Positions 13,201-24,757 of a DNA stretch of 64,000 nucleotides are shown piece after piece (the stretch's first letter is position 1; each line of letters starts with the position of its first letter). This stretch comes from Octopus sinensis (lineage: Eukaryota). A program made the translations under genes and the position numbers. The notes beneath the pieces are model-generated. The model searched no databases. It was not told the origin of the DNA and saw only the letters and a list, made by a program, of their open reading frames with translations. The stretch is taken from assembly GCF_006345805.1 (NCBI RefSeq), contig NC_043011.1:5518001-5582000 (forward strand). The letters are read 5' to 3'.

Positions 13201-13931
13201 TGTGACTGATATCTCGGCTTAAAGCAAACTGGGTTAAAGCAAACTGTTGTTTCTCCAGATCAACTAACAATTTATTTACCTTCTCTCATCTCATTTGTCC
13301 TTGCAAGTTATTGTATTTGTCGGCATGATGTCTCATAGTGGAACCGAATGTTATATTCCCTGAGCACTGAAACCTTCTGCGAACACTCCAAACAAACAAG
13401 TTTCCCCATTCACCTCCATTAATAAATAGGAAAAGGACCACTTTTCTTGAAATAATCTACATTCTGTATCCACTTTTCTCCCTTATGTCAAAGACATTTC
13501 GGGTAAGGTCAAACAGAGCGAAATGTTGACCTAAAAATAGAAAACAAGTTGTTAGTCATTGAATTTATTTTTTTAAAAATATATATTTATTCCAATACAA
13601 TATTTAAACAAATTTTTAAATAATTTAACGAAGTTTTGTTTTTTTTTTATTAGAAATTGAAGCATTGATACTATCATCAGCCATACTCAAACAATCAACA
13701 TTCACAATAATAAGTAAATAAATATATAATATAATTTTTACATTTTTCGAAGTCATCTCGCTGTAGTGAGTGAATGCGGAAGATTAGAAGTAAGACACCT
13801 ACGTTTTCCCCGATCGAAAAAGGGCGTAATCTTCCTTCGCCTTACGCGCGTCACCTGCGCGTCCTCTTCCGGTCAGCTCCCCAGCCGCTGACGTCATCCC
13901 ACACTCGCGGGCCAGATGTCTGACGCCCCTG
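10273..13931 (-). mobile_element. hAT (Charlie/Buster/SPIN-like) DNA transposon, decayed and rearranged
   Basis: Ends CAGGAGTGTCAAAAC and (reverse complement) CAGGGGCGTCAGAC; 8-bp TSD TTTTATAG at 10265-10272 and 13932-13939; minus-strand transposase motifs KASYLVAREVALASKP, IAIDEST, HCILHQEALC, TEHLNNLNKMLQG, broken by stops and frameshifts. Confidence 0.9.
10575..11456 (-). mobile_element. Head-to-tail dimer of a non-autonomous Helitron nested in the hAT
   Basis: Units 10575-10972 and 10973-11456; 5' TC, 3' hairpin CCCGAGCAACGCCGGG then CTAG; outer A^T insertion; inner junction CTAG|TC. Confidence 0.85.
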
Positions 13932-14367
13932 TTTTATAGGCTGATCAATGCCATGGAAATCATTTTCGTAATAACTCAATATCGGCGTAATATGGCAAGC
14001 CACAAGTAACGCCTATATCGCGTCAAACTGTGACTGTGATTCAGACGCCCTGCTCGGACGAAATTAACCACTCCCATGACGTGATCCATTTTGAGTAGAT
14101 AATAACTCAATAAATAAAGAGTTATTATCTATTAAAGTATGAAAATTCTGGGTATTTTTAGCCGATCATAAGCTACAGACACATTCATCTTTTGTCTGTG
14201 AGAAAGCACCAGCTGACAAATATATTGAAACCACTTGCTGACGCTGTGTTCTACTGTTTTACCCACCGAAATGCATATCGAATGCTTTTCCGTGAGTGAA
14301 AATGATCAAACTTTAAACCTCTGTAACTTCAAAGACTCACGACAAAAGAAGCACCGAATACTCACAT

Positions 14368-14400
14368 CGCTGTGAACAGGATTCGAACCTGTGCGGGTAA
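14368..14400 (-). pseudogene. 3' half of tRNA-Ser, inverted duplicate carrying its 3' flank
   Basis: 14332-14397 is the reverse complement of about 14995-15060 (T-arm, acceptor strand and ~36 nt of flank). Confidence 0.85.
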
Positions 14401-14942
14401 TTACGTAAGACACGTAATGTGCGATTGGTGGGGACAAAAAATAAAGCATCAGTTGAACATTTGAGTCGATGTCGTCGAGTGGCCACCTCCTTCGAATTTT
14501 CAGGCCGTGTTACCATCCAATATACTACATCAAAACTACTGCAACGATACCACCAACCTCCCCCACCCCACCCAGTCTTTTCTTTCTTTTTTTCACAACT
14601 GACAAAAGCAATACTAAAAAGCGAACAAGAAACGAGACAAACTCTACGGCGGTAAACTGTGGTCTGTTAAAACATTTTATGTGAAGATCAAGGTCAGAAA
14701 ATAAATATATCAGAATATAAAACAGATATTATCAAAGGAAATGGTGGTAAAGTTAGAAATATATTTGATGTCGAGATCAGAAGATAAATAATGTTATTTA
14801 AATAACATTAAACTATCTTAGCGACTGCCATTTCGGCACCTATATTACTGACCTCAACAGTAACTAAATAATTTAATCAATTCACCTGGATTAATGAGGT
14901 TTGTTTATTTAAGTAATCAAATGCAAGTGTCTCTTGTCAGCA

Positions 14943-15024
14943 GCTGTGATGGCCGAGTGGTTAAGGCGTTGGACTTGAAATCCAATGGGAGTTTCCCGCA
15001 CAGGTTCGAATCCTGTTCACAGCG
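14943..15024 (+). tRNA. tRNA-Ser-TGA: tRNA-Ser(TGA)
   Basis: 82 nt; acceptor GCTGTGA/TCACAGC, anticodon arm TTGGA-CTTGAAA-TCCAA, long variable arm, T-arm ACAGG-TTCGAAT-CCTGT; TTTT about 20 nt downstream. Confidence 0.95.
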
Positions 15025-17233
15025 ATGTGAGTATTCGGTGCTTCTTTTATCGTGAGTCTTAAAATTATTTCAGATATAGTTATTGTCGAAGGATATTAAA
15101 TTCACATATTCACGTTCCAATCTACCAGAAATATAAAGAATATAAAATAAAACGGAAGCTATTCTTTTGATTCTTGCCGTTCACCGTGTATATGACGATT
15201 TATGGAATTGTCGACAACGGCTTGTTTTCCATTTCCATTGGAAACTTGAATTCGGGATATCAAAATAGAAAATAAAAAACTCCTGCTAACTATTTATTTT
15301 GCTAATTTCTCTCTTAGAATAATTTCAAAGTTGATTGTAGTGAATCTGGTGTTAGCTAAGTTGCAATACACTGTCTTGTGTCACCTTTTGGAAAGTAAAA
15401 TCTCAACAAAGAATTCGTCTGAAACGCGTCCTGGTCCCCCTAACCTTGTTTGTTCTGCTGCAGAATTTGTGAAATCCAGAAAGAGATTCTGGCAGCTCTC
15501 CGCCTTCAGTAACACTCTGCCATCTTTTTTATTATACCGTGAATCAAAAAACTAGAAATATGTATAATGTAGATAGATTTATAGTTGTTTATTTGAAAGC
15601 TTCAAACGTGGAGATTGCAGACGATATACGAACTTCCTCATGTTCTCTTAAATGAAGAGAAAAATAACTGATAATAATTTAGACTAACGATTCTCTGGGT
15701 AACTGAAGAATGAGATGCGTCTTTTTATAGCTATTTGAAGAAATTAGTGCTGCCAGCAGCTGTGATGGCCAAAACTTAAAATAAAGATATTCATTTGGAA
15801 ACTAAAAGATAAATATGCATCTTCTCTGATGAGAGGAAAATCATTCCCGAAATATATCTGCAAAAGGTTCCACCCTAACTATATTTCTGTTTTCTTAAGA
15901 GAACAATAGAATGTTTTCACATCGCTCGCAATCTCCACAACTAAACTCTTCGAAATAAATATCTGTATTCTTATCTCTATTTGTTTCTAGTATGCTTTCC
16001 AAATATTTTATAAAACGATACTTTTCTGTGGAGAATATTCCTCGGGTTTCGTTTTTATTAAATGCCGTACAGTGGCCTTCATACCGTTACTTTATTGTAC
16101 AATATATTTCATGAAGTTTTTAATATCTTTTTCAAATACTTCAAACATAAAGGATTTAATTTTCATCACAGCTTCAGAATTATCACGTGACTCACTTTGT
16201 GTCGCGACTCATTTTTGGCGAAACTGCATCTGTTTCAGTAGAAACACTGTTTCATTTTTAAAAAAGCCAAAACTGTGTCTTAGTTGCAAGGATGTGTGGC
16301 AATAGAGAAATGATGCAGCAATAGGGGCAGGTCAGACCGAGATGTTGGGACAATCCTGCACTCTAGCGGAACCTGTTACACATACAAACACGCGTGCGCA
16401 CGCGCACGCACACATGTTTAGTATTTTAATATTTGCTATCGAAAAAAGTAGTGCTCAATACCAGAGTAGAGAGAAATCATCTTTTATTTTGGTACTCTGA
16501 GTTTCGTCTTTCGGTGCACAAAATCTCTTTGGTAAAACTCAGGGTAGCAAGGAAATAACTCGGCCAAGATAATACACACACACACAAACACACACACACA
16601 CGCACACACACATACAGATATATACATATATATGCGTGTGTGTATATATATATATAGATAGATGTATATATATATATATATATATGTATGTATATATATA
16701 TGTATATATATATATGTGTATGTATATATATATATATATACACACATAAATATATATATCTGTGTGTGTGTATATATCTATATGTGTGTGTGTGCGTGCG
16801 TGCTTTATCTTTATTCTTTTATCTTTCACTTGTTTCAGTTACTGGACTGCGGCCATGCTGGAGCATTGCCTTGAAGAATTTTTAATCGAATGTACCGACC
16901 CCCAAGACCATTTTTTAAAGCCTGGTACTTATTCTATGGCAGCATTTTTGCCGAACCGCTAAGTTACGGCGACGTACACACATCAACACCGGTTGTCAAG
17001 CGTTGGTGGGGGACAAAAAAAAACACACACACAGGTATACGTAAAATATATATACGACGAGCTTCTTTCAGTTTCCATCTACCAAATCCACGCGCAATGG
17101 TTTCGTCGGCCCGAGCATATAGTAGAAAACACTTGCCCAAGGTTCCACGCAGTGCGACTGAAACCGGAACCACAGGGTTGGGAGCAAACACCTCACCACA
17201 CAGCCACGGCTTATATATATATATAATATATAT

Positions 17234-17373
<140 letters not shown>

Positions 17374-17395
17374 ATATATATATAATATATATATA

Positions 17396-17438
<43 letters not shown>

Positions 17439-17529
17439 ATAAAGGGTATATATTGTATCGTGGGTAGGCCAGAACAATGCGTAGTAAATGCAAGGCAAAT
17501 CACAAGAAACAAATATATAAATTAATGAA

Positions 17530-18030
17530 GACTTACCTTGTATTCAATATTTCGGGGTTATGACCCCATTTTCAAGAAATTAACGAATGTTGCCGATGTG
17601 CGTGTGTGTGAGCGTGTGTGGAGTGAACATGCGCAGAAAGGTATTCCTATAGCATGCAGCTAGCTTTTTTGCGACTCTCTTCCGTTGTTGATTTTGGGTT
17701 TCTTTCGGTGTATGAGCATGGCCTCAGAGATTCTAAGGCTGCCCCTGTTCCGCTGTGTTGCCTTGATGTGTTCTGTGAATTCCCAGGCCTGGCATTTCCG
17801 TAGATGTTTCTTCGCGGAAGTGTCTGCCTGTATGTGTTCCTTAATGCGTATATGCAGTTTTCTTGTCGTTCTTCCGATGTAGGATGCGCCACATTTGCCA
17901 CAGATGATCTCATATATGACATAGATCCTCTGGCACAATTCAGGATCATTGACGGAGCAGTTCGATAATGTGCACTCCTCGGAGTAGTGAGAGGTGTTGT
18001 TCTTGGACAGAGTTTTTCTTAGGGTGTGCA
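17530..18030 (-). mobile_element. Penelope-like element 3' fragment: GIY-YIG endonuclease plus pLTR with hammerhead motif
   Basis: ORF 17660..18031: VIYEIICGKCGASYIGRTTRKLHIRIKEH...EAMLIHRKKPKIN; hammerhead-like motif at 17543-17578. Confidence 0.85.
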
Positions 18031-18355
18031 CTATCTGTATGTCGAGTCATACAGATAGTGTACATCGGCTCCCATCCCGACTACTCCTTCTCGTGATCAG
18101 AGATGCACATATCGTCAGCCACTAAGGGACATGCTCAACTGGTTAAGGTCAAACAACTGACAAGCAAATCTGTGATATTGAGCAGAATATTTGCTGTAAC
18201 CCATCTTTTATACCAAGACAAAACGATGTACATGATAACTCTTCCAATCAGTTAAGATCAAAAGCCAAATTTATTATTATTATTATCATTATTATTATTA
18301 TTATTATTATTATATTATTATTATTATTATTATGAGTAGTAGTAGTAGTAGTATT

Positions 18356-18444
<89 letters not shown>

Positions 18445-18448
<4 letters not shown>

Positions 18449-19000
18449 AGAGAGTAGCGCATGCCATCAAAGTGACACTGGGGTACAAATATACGAAGCC
18501 CAGTATACCCATCATGACTAACTACCTGATAAGGGTACACCAAGCACATGCATCACAACCATGTGTACGCGACATGGTGATCTCATATCAAGACTAACAG
18601 CGTATGACCTTGAAGGTGGGGCCCAGTTAGAATTTTCTTCTGGTCGAGTAACCCATCCCGCTCAAAAGGTCCCTGAATAAGGATTGTTTAAGGATGTTGA
18701 ACGAAACACCCATGTTTCCAGAGGTGAATTATCCAAACCTCCAAGAATTCCTTTCAACACATGGCTATGATGCACCCCCACTACTTCTGCTCGTGATCAG
18801 AGATGCACATATGGTCAGCCACTAAGGGACATGCTCAACTGGTTAAGGTCAAACAACTGACCAGCAAATCTGTGATATTGAGCAGAATATTTGCTGTAGC
18901 CCATCTTTTATACCAAGACAAAACAATGTACATGATAACACTTCTAATCAGTTAAGATCAGAAGCCACAAGAGCCACTGCCTGGTACTGCATCGGGGCAT
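18445..19000 (-). mobile_element. ~555-bp non-coding interspersed element flanked by trinucleotide tracts
   Basis: Same ends as the copies at 39200-39755 and 62012-62565 (strand given relative to those copies); partial copy at ~18085-18267. Confidence 0.8.
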
Positions 19001-19009
19001 TTATTATTC

Positions 19010-19755
19010 TGGACGAGGTAATGAGCAGGGTGACTACTCTCACTCAGAAGTTGGCCGAGAGAAAACTATCTCTGAAAGGTCGGGTAGAGGTGGCTTACGC
19101 GTATATCGCGTCTGTCATCTACTATCGCTTGACCGTCGTGCCTTGCCCTGGCAACCGTCCGATTATGCTGGAGCGTATACTCTTCCGCTTCTTGTGGAAA
19201 GGACATGTCCCGATGGTTAGGCGGTCTATCTGCTGTCAGCACTCGCTGCGTGGTGGCCTGGGAATACCGTGGTTGATGATGCGCAGACATGCACTGAGGC
19301 TACGACATCTCTAGTGTTTCTTTGATGGTGAACAGGTGTGGTTGCCGTTTGCCAGACATGTATTTCTGCAGCTAGTTTCTTCAATTGAGCTGCAGTCATG
19401 GGTACAACAGAGACTGAGGGGGAGCATTTGGAAAGTGGAATGTCTTCAAGCGCTCACAGCCCTCAACCAATCGGACAGTGTGATAGGTGGAACATCCACT
19501 TTAGCCTTTTATAGAGGATTAGTGGGGGTAAAGTGCGACGATGTTCATGGGGAGACCTTGGCTATCGAAGATAAGCTAGTCGCTCTTTTCCAGAGAACTT
19601 TCGGGTCGGGACCGATGGATAATTTCCAAAAATCTCAGGCCTGGCAGTGCTACCGGGGAGCTTTGCTTGTCCGAGATAAATTTTACAGGCACGGAAGTGC
19701 CGTCAGCCAAGCATACCCGGGATGCGCGCAGGACGACGAGAAGGCCCTGCATGCA
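19010..19755 (+). mobile_element. Tx1/L1-clade LINE fragment (RT C-terminus to zinc-finger region)
   Basis: RKLSLKGRVEV..IASVIYYRL..ILFRFLWKG..RGGLGIP; then AWQCYRGALLVRDKFYRHG..CAQDDE..LHA; one in-frame stop. Confidence 0.75.
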
Positions 19756-19898
19756 CGCGTCCAGAAATTTTGGGGAGGTGGTAGTTAATTTTGTTGATCC
19801 CAAAAGGATTTGAGCTCAGAATGGAAAACTGGAAGAAATATCGCACTGCATTCTGTCCGACTCATTAACAAGTCTGTCGGTAGCTTTTGCTATATATA

Positions 19899-19979
19899 GC
19901 TATGATGGTCGAGTGATTAAGGCGTCGGACATAAAAATCCAATGGCAATTTCCCGCGTAGTTTCGAATACTTTTCATAA
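19899..19979 (+). pseudogene. Degenerate tRNA-Ser copy
   Basis: gctatgatggtcgagtgattaaggcgtcggacataaaaatccaatggcaatttcccgcgtagtttcgaatac is colinear with 14943-15024 but stems and anticodon loop are disrupted. Confidence 0.75.
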
Positions 19980-20159
19980 GCCTCATTTTCAATTTATTTT
20001 TTCTTGGTTTTTGGAAATGAAGTTTTTACACTTGAAAGTAGCGTTTGTTTTGATGATTTTATTTTCCATGCTATTACACGTTTCGGACTCGAATACTTCA
20101 TCTTAGCAAAGCTTCGTGTTTTGCATTGCCATCAGATTCATTGTTTTCTTTTAACAGAA

Positions 20160-22160
20160 ATGCGCTGGCGTGGCTTTGATACAAAATCTCCGCCTTCAGC
20201 CACCCCTTATTAACTGGCCTCTCGCTTCTCTTGGGCTGACGCCGCGCTTGCAAGCCCCTTTCGACTATGCAAAAGAGTCTTCGAGCCCGAGTCAACCGGA
20301 AACTTATTGACGGCAACGTTTCCACCGCGATGCGCGTGCTAGCCTTTTCCTAGTCCTCGCCCCCACATCGGACGTTCTCTCCGTCTGAAATATCAAGACC
20401 CTGAGCGAGATACGGCTTTGACAGTGACCGATGATGACGTTGCTGCTGCCGTGAAATCGTCCCTGGGAACAGCAGTGGTAGAATTGATGGCCTGCGACAC
20501 GGCCACCTTAAAGATTTAATCTTACCAAATTCCGCCGAGGTGGAAGCGGGTGGGGGGGGGGGTTGCGCACGCTTGCTCCGATCTATCATCACTTTGACAG
20601 ACAGATTTCTTCACGCGGACCTTCCTCGCCACGACCGCGATCTTCTCTTCTAAGCCAACTTAATTGCGCTGAAGAAGAAAGACGGAGGCATACGTCCTAT
20701 AGCAGTGGGAAACGTCTTTCGTCATCTTGTGGATAGGTTAGCTTGCAGATCAGTCAGCAATGACCTGAGTGAAGCGCTCAGCCCTGTCTAGTTGGGGGTG
20801 GAAGTCAAGTGTGGCTGTGAGGCTGCTGCCCATGCTGCCAGATGTTTCATACAGCAAACACTTACCTCGTCACTTTGCTTTCAACTGAAGCTGGACTAAA
20901 AAAAAATGCCTTCAACAGCGCCAGACGCGACCACATCATGGAGTCATGTCTAACACGTGTCCCCTCATTATACTCACTTACATAACTCTCCTCTGGTACA
21001 AACAGTTTACTTAGAGCTGCTGATAACAGGATCGCTTCTTCCACAGGTGTCCAGCAGTGACCCTCTTCGTCCGCTCCTATTTGCGGTGACTGTCGACAAC
21101 GTTGCCCGATCGATCCGTCCACCCTTCAGTATCTGGTACCTGGATGACGCAACCCTATGTGGCCCTGCTGAGTCTGTTAGGGAGATTCAGCAGATTATTC
21201 CATCCCTAAAGCTTCTCGGGCTCGAGATCAACCCGTCCAGTTGGAGGTGATTAATGTGAGCTATGGTGAGGCCGAATTTCGAGACGCCGTACTCAGCATC
21301 CAGTCCGTCTTGGCGGGGCCTCCGCTGACACCTAACGACGCTGTCCGCATCCTTGGCTCCTCAATCCCCCCGAAAGCCATAACAGAGTGCCTGGACACCA
21401 AACCTGCGGACTTGTGCAGGATGACCGAAAGACTGAACCTCATTCAAGCGCATCCGGCGCTCTTCCTCTTGAGGAATAACTTCACTCTGCCTAAGCTCCT
21501 TTTATCGTTACGCGGTGCGCTATGTCACCTTCTCAGAGATCGCTTCGGTGATTTCGATAACACCATCCAACGCTGTGCCGAACTGATCAATTCTAGCAAC
21601 GCCGGCTGGAAGATTCTGTGGCTTTGGTCTCCAGTCTGCAGTGAACCTGGCTCTGCCTACCTATCTTTCATCGGCCTCTTTCAGCCTGCATCCTCTTCCT
21701 GTAGCCTTAATGCAAGCCTATTTCCTCCACACAGAATAATATAAATGACGCGGTTGACTTCCTGTCTCCACCACAGATAAACGAGATAAACTTCTTCCCA
21801 TTCGAGGGAGGCAGATCTCTAGTTTGGGATGCGACGAGCAGCGACACGTTCTTTGGCTCCAACCTTGCAGCATCGGCCGCAAACCCTGGTGTCGCAGCCC
21901 GTAACGTGGAGGAGAGAAAAATCAATAAATAAAAGAGCCTGGCCGGCCGCTATCGGTTTGTGTCGGTCGCCATCGAGACGTCGGGTGTTCTGGGGCCCTG
22001 TACTACCGATTTCCTCCGCAAAATAGGAATATTGGCGACCCGTTGAAGAAATGAGCCCCGCGATCTGAAATGGCTGCTGCAGGGAGTGTCACTGGCCATT
22101 CTACGCGGCGACGCCATTGTGATCATTACCGAGAGGCGTGGCTGGGCATCCCACTCGTTC
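20160..22160 (+). mobile_element. CRE-clade non-LTR retrotransposon, decayed (RT plus REL endonuclease)
   Basis: SSGRIDGLRHGHLKDL, ANLIALKKKDGGIRPIAVGNVFRHLV, LGVEVKCGCEAAAHAAR, DPLRPLLF, IWYLDDATLCG, LVWDATSSDT, VAIETSGVLG; several stops and frameshifts; GC-rich against AT-rich flanks; ends approximate. Confidence 0.8.
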
Positions 22161-22319
22161 TGATATATGTAGCTCATTGCCTCTCCTCCTTCATCGTCTG
22201 CTGGTGTACCCACCTGCCTTTTTCTTTCTTTTTTCCTCTCTCATCTATCTTCTTTCTTGTTCCTTTGACACAGTCACTCAAATCAAGAAATATTTTCAAC
22301 CAAGCCGTTTCCGTTTCCT

Positions 22320-22393
22320 GTTGTGATAGCCGAGTGGTTGGACTTGAAATCCAACAGGCTATACCCGCACAGGTTCGAATCCTGTTCACAGCG
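22320..22393 (+). pseudogene. tRNA-Ser(TGA) pseudogene with 8-nt D-arm deletion
   Basis: gttgtgatagccgagtgg[taaggcgt-type 8 nt missing]ttggacttgaaatccaa...caggttcgaatcctgttcacagcg. Confidence 0.85.
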
Positions 22394-22755
22394 ACAAACA
22401 GTTTGCATCCTTTTTTTTCCTTGTCAGAGTTCTTTTTTAACGAATCTTACACATTAGAAAATTAGAAATGATTTTGGTCATTCCAATTTCTGTGGATATC
22501 TGAATTTAAAATACTGTATATTATTCAAATAAATTACCTCTGTTGATATACGCATGGACATAATTCTGTGTCTCTGTCTTCGTAAGTCCTTATGGATTTT
22601 GGAATAAACTTTTGTCTGCTTTGTTAATTGTAGTTCTACATGAATGCTCACATTCAATGTCTAACGCCTATACTATGCAAAAGTACATCATCATTTACTT
22701 GTCTGGATATAGAGACAGAAATTAAATATTCTGAGAAAAGTGTAACTTAACCGCA

Positions 22756-22832
22756 GCTGCGATGGCAGCGTGTTTAAATCGTTGAGTTTAAGTCGTTGAG
22801 CCAACGAGACTATTCTGCAGAGTTTCGCAGCA
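22756..22832 (+). pseudogene. Highly degenerate tRNA-Ser-like relic
   Basis: gctgcgatggcagcgtgtttaaatcgttg...gtttcgcagc keeps only the acceptor ends and part of the D-arm. Confidence 0.45.
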
Positions 22833-23246
22833 GTCGTTTAAAATTCCACTTTCGTATATAAATGATTCGAGAGTGTTGATCACGATTAATATTAATATTT
22901 TTTTTATCAGCATAATCCTATTCTACATCCTCGAAAACGCATCCCTGGAAAATTTCAGTGAAAATATAAAAATGTGCATATAAGAGGAAATTATGGATAA
23001 ACAAACTCGAGAGAGCGAAATAATACGACTGCTGTTATGGCGATTTTGATGGAAGAATAAACACGATCACTTGAAATTTGAAATCTTGTCAATATTCTTC
23101 TCAGCATGAAGTAAAGCGATACAGCTATTAATCTTGAACGAAATTGTTCAATATTTCATCGAAATTCAACGAAATTATTTCTCCATTTACCTTCATCTAC
23201 TGGACTGAATAAATCAATAAATACTTTAAGAGAGTCTAGCACCAGA

Positions 23247-23328
23247 GCTGTGATGGCCGAGTGGTTAAGGCGTTGGACTCGAAATCCAATGGGATTTTCC
23301 CGCACAGGTTCGAATCCTGTTCGCAGCG
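23247..23328 (+). tRNA. tRNA-Ser-CGA: tRNA-Ser(CGA)
   Basis: 82 nt; anticodon loop CT-CGA-AA, all stems pair; three differences from 14943-15024; TTTTT about 17 nt downstream. Confidence 0.93.
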
Positions 23329-23559
23329 ATTGTTAAAAATCTAATTTTTGATTAGTTTTCTAAAATGAAATTTATTCATTTAAAAATTATGAGTGATTTT
23401 GTTTAATTTAGCTTTCATAACCCATGTGAAAATATTTCACCATAGCAAATTACCATGTTTTGCAAAATCCTTAGATTTCATGTCCTAACTCAATATCAAT
23501 AGAGACGTAATTTCTTATCTCTCAGTTTAAATCATTGGAACGTAAATTATTATCCAATA

Positions 23560-23918
23560 CTAGCAGTATCGCCCGGCGTTGCTCGGGTTTGTAAGGGAAA
23601 TAACTATATAAGCATTTTTAGAGAGTTATAGCCAAAAAATAGCAAAAAAAATGCATTAAAAATGGAAAAAAAACGATGGTAAATTTTTTTTTAAATCGTT
23701 GACTCATCGTAGACATTTTTAGAGAGTTACTTCCCTTATATAATAGCGAAAAATGCATTAAAATGGAAAAAAATGATGGTAAATGATGGTAAATTATTTT
23801 TAAAACCATAGACTCATCGTAGACGCGCGCTAATACTCAGAAGGGCTCGATATGAATCACGACTATAAGATACCAGGTTTTGGTTAAACTGCACCGCAAA
23901 ATGTGGGAGTAGTTAGGA
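23560..23918 (-). mobile_element. Non-autonomous Helitron, 5'-truncated
   Basis: Same family as 38658-39054; 3' hairpin plus CTAG|T retained. Confidence 0.8.
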
Positions 23919-24104
23919 AAAGATTGATATAATTACACAGTAACCTACCCTTTTAAAATTGTTGCCCTTGTGTCGAAATTTGAAACTGTTCAGGAAGTGA
24001 CAAACTGTCAAAATCATTAACAGGTCGAACAAAATGCTTGCTGCATTTCTCTTGGTTCTTAACGTTCTGAGGTCAACTTCGCCTTTTACTCTTTCACAAT
24101 CGTT

Positions 24105-24540
24105 TTGCTGTGTCTCGGGAGGGTCATTTTGCCAGTAATAAACACACGCCTTGGTTCTATTTTATTCTTTTATTATTTGTCAATTGGCTAACTATTGAAC
24201 CAGTTAACTAATCGATTGTTTGAGCAATCGTTCAGGTAATCAATCAATCAGCTAGGTTTGTCAAAATCTTTTCATTGCCATTTGCGACCTCTTCACTGAC
24301 ATACCCTCTTTACGTCAGTACTGCTTTATACAGATCTGAAGTAGAAAGGGGATATCATTGATGAGATCATAGATGATGACGAAAGAACTTTAACAAAACC
24401 GATTGATTGACCAACGATCTATTGTACAATCGATTAAGTAATTAGTTAAATAGTTAACCAATTAACAAATAAATAAATGAAACAGAACCAGAGCGTATAT
24501 TTATCATTGGCCTAATGATCCTCCCGAGGTACAAGAAAAT
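24105..24540. mobile_element. Old foldback/MITE with long diverged inverted arms
   Basis: ctcgggagggtcatt..ccagtaataaa..tggttctattttatt..aattggctaactatt mirrors aatagttaaccaatt..cagaacca..tttatcattggcctaatgatcctcccgag. Confidence 0.6.
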
Positions 24541-24675
24541 ATGTTTCAACGCATAAATTCACTCTATTTTGCAAACCAAATTCAAAAACAAAAAGAATAT
24601 CGACTCCACTTTATAGTCAAGACTAGACACACGGTCTCCGAAATAATATTTTCAGGAAACTGTCTGTTCTGAGCT

Positions 24676-24757
24676 GCTGTGATGGCCGAGTGGTTAAGGC
24701 GTTGGACTTGAAATCCAATGGGTTATTCCCGCGCAGGTTCGAATCCTGTTCACAGCG
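24676..24757 (+). tRNA. tRNA-Ser-TGA: tRNA-Ser(TGA)
   Basis: 82 nt cloverleaf, anticodon TGA, T-stem GCAGG/CCTGT; T-run about 20 nt downstream. Confidence 0.95.
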
